From NCBI GenBank assembly GCA_033762915.1, contig JANRLD010000094.1, positions 16,625-80,624 of the forward strand: a stretch of 64,000 bases of DNA, written 5' to 3'. The notes beneath the pieces were generated by a model. The model was not told the DNA's origin. It ran no database searches and worked only from the letters and a program-made list of their open reading frames with translations. Positions 1 through 9,395 of this stretch are shown in pieces. The position numbers and the translations under genes are program-made. Source of the DNA: Meiothermus sp. Lineage in GTDB: Bacteria > Deinococcota > Deinococci > Deinococcales > Thermaceae. Position 1 is the stretch's first letter. Every line of letters begins with the position of its first letter.

Positions 1-1159
1 GGGCGGCACGCCCTCGGAGCATCTCGCGGTTGGCTCCGGGGAGGCGCACATGCTTGTGCTTGACGCCCCCTGGGGTCGCCAGACCAATGTAGACGGTGCC
101 GACCGGCTGGCCCTCGAGTTCGTCCGGCCCCGCCACACCGGTCGTGGACAGCGCGTAGGTGGTCTCGAGGTTGGCCCTGGTTTGCTCCGCCATCGCCTCG
201 GCGAAGGTGGCGGTGATGAAGCCGCCCTGCCCGGCCTCGCCGCTCACCAGCTTGGCCTTGACCCCGCCACCATAGCCGATCAGGCCGCCCGCGTAGACCC
301 TGGAAGCACCCGCCGCGCTGGTCAGGAGCTGGCCCAGCAGCCCCCCGGTCATGGACTCGAGGGTGGAGAGGGTAGCGCCGCGGGCCTCGAGCAACCTTAG
401 CACGCCCTGCGGCAGGGTCTCGCTGCCCTCGCCCCAGACGAACTCGGCGATCAGGGGCTTGATTTGGGCGGCGAAGCGCTCCACGCCTGTCGGCTCGCCG
501 CGCACCACCACGTGAACGCCGTCCATCTTGGCGTAGGTGCCTACCTCCACATCACCTTCGCGCCGGAACAGGTCGCCCAGCAGTTCGACGATCCGCGACT
601 CGCCCAGCCCGAAAGTCTTGTAGGTCACCTGCGCGTAGGGCTCGGAGGGCAGGTTCAGCTTGGGGAGCACCTCGGCCCACATCGGCTTCCACTCGCCCGG
701 CGGCCCCGGCAGACAGACCAAATCCTTGCCGTCTCTGGAAATCCACCAGCCGGGCGCGGTACCCCTGGGGTTCTCGAGCCAGACCGCGCTGGGAATCTTC
801 ATGGCCTGCTTGCGGTTGGCCTCGGGCATCTTCCAGCCCCGGCCCGCGAACAGCGCCTCGAGCCAGGCCAGCTTCTCGGGGTCGAGGCTCATCTCCTCAC
901 CCAGCGCCAGCGCGACGGCCTCGCGGGTCACATCGTCCGGGGTCGGCCCCAGCCCGCCAGAGAGCACCGTGAGCCGGGCCGAGTTCCAGGCCGAGCGCAC
1001 CTCGGCAGCCAGGACCTCGAGGTCGTCGGCCACCCGCAGCGTCCGGCGCACCGCCACCTTGTAGGGCTGCAGGCTCCGCGCGATGTCAGAGGTGTTGGTG
1101 TCGTTGGTCTCCCCGTACAAGAGTTCATCCCCCACGCCGATAATTTCTGTTAACAGCAT
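1..1159 (-). CDS. cinA: CinA family competence/damage-inducible protein (MoCF-like domain + NMN deamidase domain), runs off the left edge
   Basis: Manual translation from ATG at 1159: MLLTEIIGVGDELLYGETNDTN...GGLGPTPDDVTREA...LPGPPGEW...ESMTGG...STTGVAGP. Absent from the ORF track because no stop lies in the window. Confidence 0.9.
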   Translation of the reverse strand, partial: MLLTEIIGVGDELLYGETNDTNTSDIARSLQPYKVAVRRTLRVADDLEVLAAEVRSAWNSARLTVLSGGLGPTPDDVTREAVALALGEEMSLDPEKLAWLEALFAGRGWKMPEANRKQAMKIPSAVWLENPRGTAPGWWISRDGKDLVCLPGPPGEWKPMWAEVLPKLNLPSEPYAQVTYKTFGLGESRIVELLGDLFRREGDVEVGTYAKMDGVHVVVRGEPTGVERFAAQIKPLIAEFVWGEGSETLPQGVLRLLEARGATLSTLESMTGGLLGQLLTSAAGASRVYAGGLIGYGGGVKAKLVSGEAGQGGFITATFAEAMAEQTRANLETTYALSTTGVAGPDELEGQPVGTVYIGLATPGGVKHKHVRLPGANREMLRGRAA

Positions 1160-1287
1160 AATTGGTCTCCGGTTTTATTGCAAGAGGCGGTGAAGGCCAA
1201 AGGCGGAAAGGGAGAAGAGGAAAGCGGAAAAGCAGGCAAAAACGGGATGCACGTGGTTTCTGGTTCCTCCCCGCCCTCTCCTGGCAT

Positions 1288-2286
1288 TTAGATTCCTGGC
1301 ACCAAATCCAGCGGCAGCAGCGCCAGGGTGGCGGAAGTCTCGCCCACCTGGACCTGGTCGCCGACGTTGAGTTCCTTGCGCACCAGGGCCAGGGCCAGGG
1401 CACCCAGCTTGGGGGAGACCACGGAGGTCTTGACCTCGCCGACTTTCTTGCCGTCGCGCAGGACGGGCGAACCGCTGAACATCTCTTTCTGGCCCAGCAG
1501 GCCCATCACCTGATAGCGGGTATTGCCGCGCGCCTCGAGCCGCGCCATGATCTCCTGACCCAGGTAGCAGCCCTTCTTGTAGCTGACGCGGTACTCCCAG
1601 CCGACCTCCTGGGGCAACTCGCCCAGGCTGTCCTCGAGGTCGGCGATGCCGCGCTCGACGCGCCAGATGCGCCAGGCCTCGCGGCCCGTGGGCTTGGCCC
1701 CGGCCATAATCAGCGCTTTGGCCAGGGCTTCGGCCTTGCCCGCCAGCACCCACAGCCACGCGCCGTACTCGTCCCGGGCCATCACCCAGTCCTCGGTCGC
1801 GCTCACGCCCCAGACGCCGGGGAACTGCTCGGTCAGGCTCCTGGCCACGTAGCCGGTCTGGAGGCCATTCAGGCGCAACAGCACCCACCCCTCGGGCTGG
1901 GCGATCTCCACCGCGTCGAAGATGATATAGCGGCGAAAGCGCTCGGCCAGGGCGGGGGCGGTGCGGGCGGCAATCCAGAGCTTTTCGCCGCGCCGCACCA
2001 CCAGGGCGGCGTGCTCGACCTGGCCCCGGTTGTTAAGGAAGCAGGTTTCGAGCCAGCCCTCCTCGGGCATCTTCTTGATATTGGAAGTGCACTGGTTGTG
2101 GACGAACTCGAGGGCGTCCTTGCCGCTGACCTCGAGCAGCCCGTAGTCGGAGAAGTCCAGCAGGGCGGGGCCGTAGTCGAGGGACTCGAGCTCGACCCGC
2201 AGCGAGTTGTAGTTCCACACCACCTCGCGCTCGCCCTCGTAGCCCCAGGAGGCTCCCAGGGTGTCGTGCAATGAACGCAACCGCAT
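1288..2286 (-). CDS. YgfZ/GcvT-like folate-binding protein
   Basis: KGCYLGQE motif, GcvT-like N-terminus (DALEFVHNQCT); start trimmed to MRLRSLH. Confidence 0.85.
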   Translation of the reverse strand: MRLRSLHDTLGASWGYEGEREVVWNYNSLRVELESLDYGPALLDFSDYGLLEVSGKDALEFVHNQCTSNIKKMPEEGWLETCFLNNRGQVEHAALVVRRGEKLWIAARTAPALAERFRRYIIFDAVEIAQPEGWVLLRLNGLQTGYVARSLTEQFPGVWGVSATEDWVMARDEYGAWLWVLAGKAEALAKALIMAGAKPTGREAWRIWRVERGIADLEDSLGELPQEVGWEYRVSYKKGCYLGQEIMARLEARGNTRYQVMGLLGQKEMFSGSPVLRDGKKVGEVKTSVVSPKLGALALALVRKELNVGDQVQVGETSATLALLPLDLVPGI

Positions 2287-2560
2287 GGCGTTTAGTCTAC
2301 GCCCTGGATGTGCGGAACACACGAAGCGAGGTCACTTATGGGCGGGCACCAGGAGAGGGCCCCGCCTTAGGCCAGGTCGCCTGCGCTTTTGGGCCTGCCG
2401 AGGCGGTAGCGAAAGCGCTCGAGGCGTCGGGCGCTCAACCGCTGGGGTGGGTTCCGACCCTGACCGGTCCAGCCGTTCGGCCTTTCACCTGTTTGCCCCG
2501 TCCTCCGCGGTTGGTAAAAGTGCCGTGTTCCCCTCGAGCCCCGCCTGATACCCTAGACCC

Positions 2561-3310
2561 ATGGGGGCGAAGTACCGATTCGTGCGGGGGAGCCTGACCC
2601 TGCTGCTGCTGCCGCTGGCTTGGGCGGTGTGGGGGCTGGGGCTGGCGGGGGCGGTCGCACTGATGCCGGTGGGGATCGCGCTGTCGAACTGGGCGGCGGC
2701 CAGGGGGCTGGGGCGGATGAGCCGGGGGCTGCCCAGGAGCATCAGCCTGGCCCTGCGCGGGCTGGGGCTGGGGGTGGTGCTGCTGGCCCTGGCCGACACC
2801 GTGCTGGGCTACCGGCTGTGGACGGGCGGCGAGGCGCTGCGCGGCCTAAACGACGCGCTGTACGTGGCTGGGGCACTTACCGTGGCGGCGGCGGGGGCCG
2901 CGTTGCCGTGGGCGGTGGAGGGGCTGGGGCTGCACCCCAAGGGGCACGCGTTGCGCCAGACGCTGATCGCCTTCGGGTCGGGCGTCCTGCTGACGCTGGG
3001 CGTCGCGGCGCTCCAGACGCCGCTGGCGCCGATCCTCTACGTCTTCCTGGCCATCTCGATCGGCCTGGCGGTGCTGTTCTTGCTCGAGGCCCAGGCCATG
3101 CACAACATCCGGCTCAGCCAGGGCATCCGGGCGATCGTGTGGGCCCTGGCGCTGGTGGCGGTGGGGCGGATCGTGGGCTCGTTCGGGGGCGCCGAGCCGT
3201 CGCAGCTCACCCTGGCGCTCTACGGCCTGTTCTGGCTGGCGGCGATGAGCCTGCTGGCCTGGGTGGGGCACCTCCAGCGCTTCCAGGCCCGGCGGGCCAC
3301 TTCGGGCTAG
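2561..3310 (+). CDS. Multi-pass membrane protein, unknown function
   Basis: 249-aa ORF with about 7 hydrophobic segments. Confidence 0.65.
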   Translation: MGAKYRFVRGSLTLLLLPLAWAVWGLGLAGAVALMPVGIALSNWAAARGLGRMSRGLPRSISLALRGLGLGVVLLALADTVLGYRLWTGGEALRGLNDALYVAGALTVAAAGAALPWAVEGLGLHPKGHALRQTLIAFGSGVLLTLGVAALQTPLAPILYVFLAISIGLAVLFLLEAQAMHNIRLSQGIRAIVWALALVAVGRIVGSFGGAEPSQLTLALYGLFWLAAMSLLAWVGHLQRFQARRATSG

Positions 3311-3350
3311 GCGCGGAGGACTTTGCAGCACACGGGATTCGGGAGAGATT

Positions 3351-3860
3351 TTGGCCAAGGTGCAGCTGTTCAGCCGCTCGAGTCTGGTCAAGGCCAACCT
3401 CGAGGCCCTCGCGCAGAATTGGCGGTTTGAGCGCGGGGTGACGCTGGTCCTGGACTACCCCGCCGGGTTCGCCCTCGAGGTACTGCCGATGCTCGAGCCG
3501 CCGGTGGTGATCGTCACCCCCAGCCTCTCGCCCTACTACTGGCAAAACCTGATCGACCACGGACCATCGGCCCTCCTGACCGAGCCCGCCGCCATCGAGG
3601 CCGCGCTGACCAAGGCCGCCACCGGCCAGCCCGGCAGCTTCCCCGCCGTTCCCGCCGACCAGCGCCTGACCCCCCGCGAGCGCGAGGTGCTGGGCCTGCT
3701 GGTGAAGGGGATGAGCGACAAGGAAATTGCGCGGGAGCTGGGACTCGAGCCCAAGACCGTCTCGCACTGGGTGCTCAACATCCGGGGCAAGATGGGGGCG
3801 GAGAACCGGGCGCAAGCCATTCTGATCTACTGGGGATTGCTGCCGGGTCTGACGGTCTGA
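3351..3860 (+). CDS. LuxR-type HTH transcriptional regulator with degenerate N-terminal domain
   Basis: LTPREREVLGLLVKGMSDKEIARELGLEPKTVSHW LuxR HTH. Confidence 0.85.
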   Translation: MAKVQLFSRSSLVKANLEALAQNWRFERGVTLVLDYPAGFALEVLPMLEPPVVIVTPSLSPYYWQNLIDHGPSALLTEPAAIEAALTKAATGQPGSFPAVPADQRLTPREREVLGLLVKGMSDKEIARELGLEPKTVSHWVLNIRGKMGAENRAQAILIYWGLLPGLTV

Positions 3861-3969
3861 TCGCGTTCCCCGCCCTTACCTCCCTCGCGGCGGCAGGTAA
3901 TGTACTCCCTCAAGCAAAAACCGCCCGCTTTAGCGCCGTAGAGAGAATACGTGGGAATCGCTGTGAGGT

Positions 3970-4767
3970 TTACTTGCGCGTCAGCTTGGCCCCCAGATCG
4001 GCGAACCCTAGCGTCAACAGCACGAAGGCCAGGGCGGGCAGGAAGAGCTGCTCGGCGGCGGCCAGCCACTCGAAGCGGGCGGTGGCGATCATCTGGGCCA
4101 GGTCGGGGTTGAGGGGCATGAAGCGGCGCATGGGGACGTTCTCGAAGCCGCTGCCAAACTCCACCCAGTAGCCCGTGGTGGCGAAGTAGCCCAGCACCGC
4201 CAGCTCGGCCATCCACAAGAAGGCCACCCCGATCCCCACCGCCATCGCCGAGGGCAGAACTGGGAAGAGGTGCGGCAGAACGTGGCGGGTGAGAATATGC
4301 CAGCTCGAGCCCCCCATCGCCCGCGCCCCCTCGATGAAGGGCTCGAGCAGCACCGTTCGCACCCGCACCGCCACCAGCCGGGCCAAATACACCGCCAGGC
4401 CCAGGGCCAGCACCCAGGTGTAGGCCCCGTTGCCCAGCAGCAGGATCAGCCCAGCCAGCACGAATATCTCGGCATAGAGCCCAACCGTCAGGCCACGCCA
4501 GCCCAGCAGCAGGCCCAGCAGCAGCGCCACCGGCAGGGCCAGCAGCAGCACGTTCAGGGCGACCTGAAGGCTCTGGCGCACGCCGCGGGCCACCAAACAG
4601 GCGGTATCGCGCCCGTCCACGTCGGTCCCCAGCCACGCGCCGGGGGTGCCGGGGGGCGCGGGCGGTACAACGGTCTGGCCGCCCGCCTGGATCAGGAGCT
4701 GGCGCGGGCAGCCTTGCGGCGGGGCCAGCAGGGCGATCAGGAGCAGCGGGAGCAGTACCCAGCGCAT
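3970..4767 (-). CDS. DppC/OppC-like ABC permease
   Basis: LGTDVDGRD and FIEGARAMG...RHVLP (EAA loop). Confidence 0.8.
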   Translation of the reverse strand: MRWVLLPLLLIALLAPPQGCPRQLLIQAGGQTVVPPAPPGTPGAWLGTDVDGRDTACLVARGVRQSLQVALNVLLLALPVALLLGLLLGWRGLTVGLYAEIFVLAGLILLLGNGAYTWVLALGLAVYLARLVAVRVRTVLLEPFIEGARAMGGSSWHILTRHVLPHLFPVLPSAMAVGIGVAFLWMAELAVLGYFATTGYWVEFGSGFENVPMRRFMPLNPDLAQMIATARFEWLAAAEQLFLPALAFVLLTLGFADLGAKLTRK

Positions 4768-5588
4768 CAGACCACCCCCCGCTGGCGCGGGTCGAGCCGC
4801 CGCGCCAGCGCCTCTACCCCCACCGCATAAGCCCCCGCCATCAGCAGCAGGAGCAGCAGCCCGCCCGAGGCCTGCGTCGCGGGCATCTGCACCCCCAGGT
4901 TCAGCCCCTCCACCGCCCCGCCGCTGGCCAGGATGTTGTAGACCGAGAGGCCCAGGCCGGGGAACTGCAGGAGCCCCTCCAAGAGCATCACCGCCACCGC
5001 CAGCCCGAAGGCCTCACCGGCCAGCAGGCTGACCCCCTCAGGCAGCGCGACCCTGGCGGCCTTGGCCCGCACCCTCGGCTCACTCAGCCCGATGGCGCGG
5101 GCGGTGCGGGTGAAGTCGGCCCCAGCGTACTCTTGGCGGCGCAGCTCGAGGTACTGCGCCACGCGGGCGGCGGGCGGCAGCAGCAGGGCCAGGGTGAGTA
5201 CCGCGATCACCCAGGGCTGTCCCGGCTCCAGGGGGGTGAAGAAGCGGAAGACCGCCGCCAGCCAGAAGATCACGAAGATCGCCAGGGTGAGCAGGAAAAA
5301 GCCCGGCAGGCTTCCCAGCAGCCAGCGCACCCCGGCGGGCGCCCGCTGCAACAGCAGGATAGCCGGCCAGGCCAGGAGCGCTGCCAGGGTGAAGTAAACC
5401 CCGGTGGTGGGCAGCCCGACCAGGAACTGCGCCATCGCCCCGCCGGAGAGGGTCTGCCAGAGGTGCAGCGGGTAGCCCAGCAGGCCCCCCAGGACGCTTC
5501 CGAAGCTGACCGCCTCGCCCAGCTCACGCTGGCGCAGTCCCAGGTACACCAGCAGGTGTACGGGAATCAGGGCCAGCAGTATCCGCAT
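4767..5588 (-). CDS. DppB/OppB-like ABC permease (divergent)
   Basis: DFTRTARAIGLS, EGLLQFPGLG; overlaps the start of the next permease. Confidence 0.75.
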   Translation of the reverse strand: MRILLALIPVHLLVYLGLRQRELGEAVSFGSVLGGLLGYPLHLWQTLSGGAMAQFLVGLPTTGVYFTLAALLAWPAILLLQRAPAGVRWLLGSLPGFFLLTLAIFVIFWLAAVFRFFTPLEPGQPWVIAVLTLALLLPPAARVAQYLELRRQEYAGADFTRTARAIGLSEPRVRAKAARVALPEGVSLLAGEAFGLAVAVMLLEGLLQFPGLGLSVYNILASGGAVEGLNLGVQMPATQASGGLLLLLLMAGAYAVGVEALARRLDPRQRGVV

Positions 5589-5672
5589 CAGGGTCAGGCT
5601 ACCACCTTGCCCCGCTCATACTGAATCCACCGTTTGGTTAATTGCCGAGGGTGGGGGATCTCCGGTTAGGCT

Positions 5673-6152
5673 ATGCGAATGGGCTGGGTGCTGATGGCGT
5701 TGGGGGTCGCGGCGCTGGTCTGGGCGCTGCGAACCCGGGAGCGCCGGGCCGAGTGGCTGCTGTGCGTGGCGCTGTTGTTCGGCGTGGGGTTCACCCAGGT
5801 GGTGGACTCGCGCAACGTGCCGCAGAACCCCGACTTTGCCAGGGGGCGCACCAGCCAGGGCTCCTCGAGTGCCCTAACCGGTCAGGCCTTCGGCGGCGGG
5901 ATCAGCTACAAGGACATCCGCTGGCTCGAGGAGGGCGGCAAACGCTACATCGCCGGTACGGTCGAGAACACCTTCAGCGAAGCCTGGCGCACGGTCTACG
6001 TCAGCTTCGAGGTCTTCGACAGCGCAGGCAACCCCATCGGGGTGGTGGAGCAGATGTTCATGACGCTCGAGCCCAAAAAGCCGGTGGAGTTCCGCCTCGA
6101 GGTAGCCCTCCCCAACGCCAGCCGGTTCACTATTCTGAGATGGAGCAACTGA
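5673..6152 (+). CDS. Membrane-anchored FxLYD-domain-like protein
   Basis: N-terminal TM segments; IAGTVEN...VSFEVFDSAGNPIG pattern. Confidence 0.7.
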   Translation: MRMGWVLMALGVAALVWALRTRERRAEWLLCVALLFGVGFTQVVDSRNVPQNPDFARGRTSQGSSSALTGQAFGGGISYKDIRWLEEGGKRYIAGTVENTFSEAWRTVYVSFEVFDSAGNPIGVVEQMFMTLEPKKPVEFRLEVALPNASRFTILRWSN

Positions 6153-6193
6153 TATAGAGTCCGTTTGTTCCCTTTTCGTTCGCAAGGGCGTGG

Positions 6194-6225
6194 CGTAGGG
6201 GCAACCACAAGGGATCGCCCCTACG
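6194..6225. repeat. GTAG-type REP-like palindrome between convergent genes
   Basis: CGTAGGGGCAACCACAAGGGATCGCCCCTACG hairpin. Confidence 0.55.
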
Positions 6226-6321
6226 AAAAACCAGCAAGTTTCTCGGAGCGCGCTTCCTACTGCCTCAGCCAGACCGAGAATACCGAAACACCGACGGGTT
6301 GCATCGCCTCTCGAGCCTCCG

Positions 6322-6975
6322 CTAAATCCGGCTGCGGAGTTCTCGAGCCCGCTCCAGCAGCGGCGTCCCCTTCCCGGCGAGTTGGGCCTGGAACTCCAGC
6401 GCGACCACCGTGGCTGGTTTCAATCCGCGCCCGTCGGGGTTGGGGAAGAGGCTGTCCAGCAGGCCGAAGTCGCGCTCGGAACGCCAGCCCGCCTCTTTCC
6501 TGAGCAGGTCGAGGTAGCCCCACTGGAAGCGCTCCTCGGACAGCTCGCCCTCCAGGAAGCGGTCAAGCAGGTTGGCGTAGGGCTTGAGGCTCACCACCTC
6601 GGGGTTCTGCACCGGCTGGCCCACCTCCGGCGGCAGGTGCTGCGCGAGGAGGGGCTCGAGGTTGTCGGGGTTGATCTTGAAGTTGTCGAGGTCGAAGAGC
6701 GGCTTGGCCTTGTGAAAGAGGATGAACTGTGGGCTATGGTGGCGGATGCCGGTAAGTTCTTCGACGCGGTCGGAGGCGGGGCGGTCTTCGGGGATGCGGA
6801 TCATCCCCACCGCCACGTCGGGTCGGGGCAGCAGGTATTTCTCGACGTAGCCGTAGGCCTCGACGGTCTTGTCGGTGGTGCTGGCCTTAAAGACGGCGGC
6901 GTAGAGGTACTGCTGCAGGAAGTGGTTGACCGCTTCGGGGCTGGTCAGCTGGAAGGAGCGCTCGCGCAAGCTCAT
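6322..6975 (-). CDS. YtxJ/BrxC (DUF2847)-like thioredoxin-fold protein lacking Cys, with C-terminal helical domain
   Basis: AVFK...RPASDRVEELTGIRHHSPQFILF pattern; no cysteine in the translation. Confidence 0.65.
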   Translation of the reverse strand: MSLRERSFQLTSPEAVNHFLQQYLYAAVFKASTTDKTVEAYGYVEKYLLPRPDVAVGMIRIPEDRPASDRVEELTGIRHHSPQFILFHKAKPLFDLDNFKINPDNLEPLLAQHLPPEVGQPVQNPEVVSLKPYANLLDRFLEGELSEERFQWGYLDLLRKEAGWRSERDFGLLDSLFPNPDGRGLKPATVVALEFQAQLAGKGTPLLERARELRSRI

Positions 6976-7028
6976 GTCGCGATGATAGCGGTGGGGCGGC
7001 GGCAAGACCGTTGGGGGGGATGCAAAAG

Positions 7029-7793
7029 TTATGGGCTATCCGTGGTGAGCGCCTCCATGCCCTCGATCGCGCCCAGCCGCAGGCTGAGGTGGGCGGCGGC
7101 GGAGAGCGGGGTTTCCTCGGGGTTGATCTCGATCAGGAAGCCGCCCGCCCGCCTAGCGAAGCGCCCCAAGCTGGCGGCGGGCTCCACCACCCCGCTGGTG
7201 CCGATCACCAGGGCCACCTCGCAGCCGGCAAAGGCCCGCTGGGCGGCGTCTAGGGCGTCTTCGGGCAGGTACTCGCCGAACCAGACCACGTTGGGGCGGC
7301 CCCGGCCGCCGCAGCCCGGACACCGCGGCGGCAACACCAGGGCTTCTGGCTCAGGCAGCGGAAAGACCTCGCCGCAACGTTCGCACCGCGCTTGGGTCAG
7401 GTTGCCGTGGAGCTCGACGACGTTGCTCGAGCCCGCCCGCTGGTGCAGCCGGTCCACGTTCTGGGTGACGATAACGAGCCCCTCTCCCGCCGGGAGGGGG
7501 GAGAGGGGCGAGGGGCTTTTGGCCTGTTCCAGCTCTGCCAGCAGCTCGTGTGCCCGGTTGGGCCTGGCCTCGAGGACGTTGCGGTAGCGCCAGCCGTACC
7601 AGTCCCAGACCTTCTGCGGGTCGCGCCGGTAGGCGCCGGGGGTAGCGTACTCCTCGATGTCGAAGTCCTTCCACAGCCCCGCCGCGTCGCGGAAGGTGGG
7701 GATACCCGAGGGCTTGGAAATCCCCGCGCCGGTGAGCACCGCCACACGCTTGGCGGAGCGGAGGCGGGAGCGGGCGGTCTCGAGGGGGCTCAT
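7029..7793 (-). CDS. cobB: NAD-dependent protein deacylase (sirtuin)
   Basis: GAGISKPSGIPTFR, TQNVDRLH, ELHG, CxxC...CxxC, GTSGVVEPA. Confidence 0.95.
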   Translation of the reverse strand: MSPLETARSRLRSAKRVAVLTGAGISKPSGIPTFRDAAGLWKDFDIEEYATPGAYRRDPQKVWDWYGWRYRNVLEARPNRAHELLAELEQAKSPSPLSPLPAGEGLVIVTQNVDRLHQRAGSSNVVELHGNLTQARCERCGEVFPLPEPEALVLPPRCPGCGGRGRPNVVWFGEYLPEDALDAAQRAFAGCEVALVIGTSGVVEPAASLGRFARRAGGFLIEINPEETPLSAAAHLSLRLGAIEGMEALTTDSP

Positions 7794-7800
7794 AGGGTAC

Positions 7801-7839
7801 TAGGGTAACGGCAAAATCGGCGGTTTTGCCGTTACCCTA
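7801..7839. promoter_or_regulatory. 16-bp perfect inverted repeat in the divergent cobB/nnr gap
   Basis: TAGGGTAACGGCAAAA-N7-TTTTGCCGTTACCCTA. Confidence 0.5.
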
Positions 7840-7847
7840 ATTACCGT

Positions 7848-9320
7848 ATGCATCTCTACACCCCCCAGGACATGCGCGAGGCGGACGCCAAGGCCGCCCT
7901 TCTGGGCTATCCGAGCCTGCTGCTGATGGACACCGCCGGGCGCATAGCGGCCCGGACGCTGGTGCGGGCCTGGCCGGAACGCAAGGCGGTGGTGCTGTGC
8001 GGCAAGGGCAACAACGGCGGCGACGGACTGGTGGCGGCGCGGTGGCTGCACGTCTGGGGTAACGAGGTCGAGGTTTACGCGGCCGAAGGCCAGAGTGGGG
8101 ACGCCCTGCTGGCCCGCCAGGCACTGCTGGCGCACGGCCTCGAGATCCGGCCCCTCGAGCAGTTCCGCCCCGAGCGGCACACGGCCATCCTGGACGCGCT
8201 GGTGGGGACGGGGTTGAGGGGCCAACTCGAGGGCTTTTATGCCGAACTGGTCGGGCTAATCAACGGCTCGGGGCTGCCCATTCTGAGCGTCGACGTGCCC
8301 TCGGGTCTTCCCTACTCGCCGCACGTCCGGGCCGGGCGGACCGTGGCGCTTGCGGGGCTGAAGCGAGAGCACGTCTTCTACCCGTGGCGACAGAGCTGCG
8401 GGCAGATTTACCTTAACGCCATCGGAATGCCCCCGGCGGCGCTGGGGCGCCCTGACCTGCCGGAAATCCTGACCCCTGCGGCCATGCGGGGGCTGCTGCC
8501 TGCGAGGGAGGGCAAGGCCCACAAGGGCTCGGTGGGGCGGGTGCTGGTGGCGGGCGGGTTCCGCAGCTACACGGGTGCGCCCAGCCTCTCGGCGCTGGGG
8601 GCCTACCGGATTGGGCTGGGGCTGGTGACGGTAGCCTACCCCGCCGACTGCGAGGTGCAGCCACCGATGGAGGCCGTCCGGCTGCCGCTGTTTGACTGGA
8701 ACCTGGCGAACCTCCAGACCGCCAAGGCCGACGCGGTTGCGGTGGGGATGGGGGCGGGTGACGGGGGAACCCAGGCCGCGCTGGCGGCGCTGGAGCTGGT
8801 GCTCCCCGCCGTCCTCGACGCCGACGCGCTGCAGCCCAGGGTGCTCTCCGCCTACAGCCAGGCGGGTATCCCAACTGTGGTCACCCCGCACCCCGGCGAG
8901 GCAGGCCGCCTGCTGGGCGTTCCCCCATCAGAGATTGCCAATAGGCCGCTCGAGTACGCCGCCGAGCTGGCCGGGAAGTACCCCAATCTGGTCGTCGTGC
9001 TCAAGGGCGGCCCCACCGTGATCGCGCACAAGCCCTCGATCCAGGCCCCACTTCTGGCCGTGAACAGCACCGGCAACCCCGAGATGGCCACGGGCGGCAT
9101 GGGCGACGTGCTCTCCGGGGTGATCGCGGCCCTGCTTTCCAAGGGGCTCTCGGCTTGGGACGCCGCCCGTCTGGGCGTCTACCTGCACGGCCTTGCGGGC
9201 GACCTGGCCCGCAAGCCCGGCCTGATGGCCCGCGAGGTCGCCGAGGCCCTGCCGGGGGCCATGGAGCGGCTGGGGAAGGGGGCGGTGCGGGCCTACTGGG
9301 AGGCAGAGGGCGACGGGTAG
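7848..9320 (+). CDS. nnr: Bifunctional NAD(P)H-hydrate epimerase/dehydratase
   Basis: GKGNNGGDG, DALVGTG, HKGSVG, LDADAL, TPHPGEA, GGMGDVLSG. Confidence 0.95.
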   Translation: MHLYTPQDMREADAKAALLGYPSLLLMDTAGRIAARTLVRAWPERKAVVLCGKGNNGGDGLVAARWLHVWGNEVEVYAAEGQSGDALLARQALLAHGLEIRPLEQFRPERHTAILDALVGTGLRGQLEGFYAELVGLINGSGLPILSVDVPSGLPYSPHVRAGRTVALAGLKREHVFYPWRQSCGQIYLNAIGMPPAALGRPDLPEILTPAAMRGLLPAREGKAHKGSVGRVLVAGGFRSYTGAPSLSALGAYRIGLGLVTVAYPADCEVQPPMEAVRLPLFDWNLANLQTAKADAVAVGMGAGDGGTQAALAALELVLPAVLDADALQPRVLSAYSQAGIPTVVTPHPGEAGRLLGVPPSEIANRPLEYAAELAGKYPNLVVVLKGGPTVIAHKPSIQAPLLAVNSTGNPEMATGGMGDVLSGVIAALLSKGLSAWDAARLGVYLHGLAGDLARKPGLMAREVAEALPGAMERLGKGAVRAYWEAEGDG

Positions 9321-9395
9321 GCCAAGGGTGTAGGGGTGCTCGAGAACTCGGTCAACTTCCAGCCCCCCGCCCCCGCCCACCCCTTATGATGGTTT

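Noticed and set aside
50..2274. Long plus-strand ORFs (50-400, 464-1153, 1162-2274)
   Set aside because: Antisense shadows of cinA and the ygfZ-like gene, typical of high-GC DNA; the same applies to most overlapping ORFs in the track.
2271..2597. 108-aa ORF in the intergenic gap
   Set aside because: Overlaps both neighbours, has no recognisable motif and no clear RBS.
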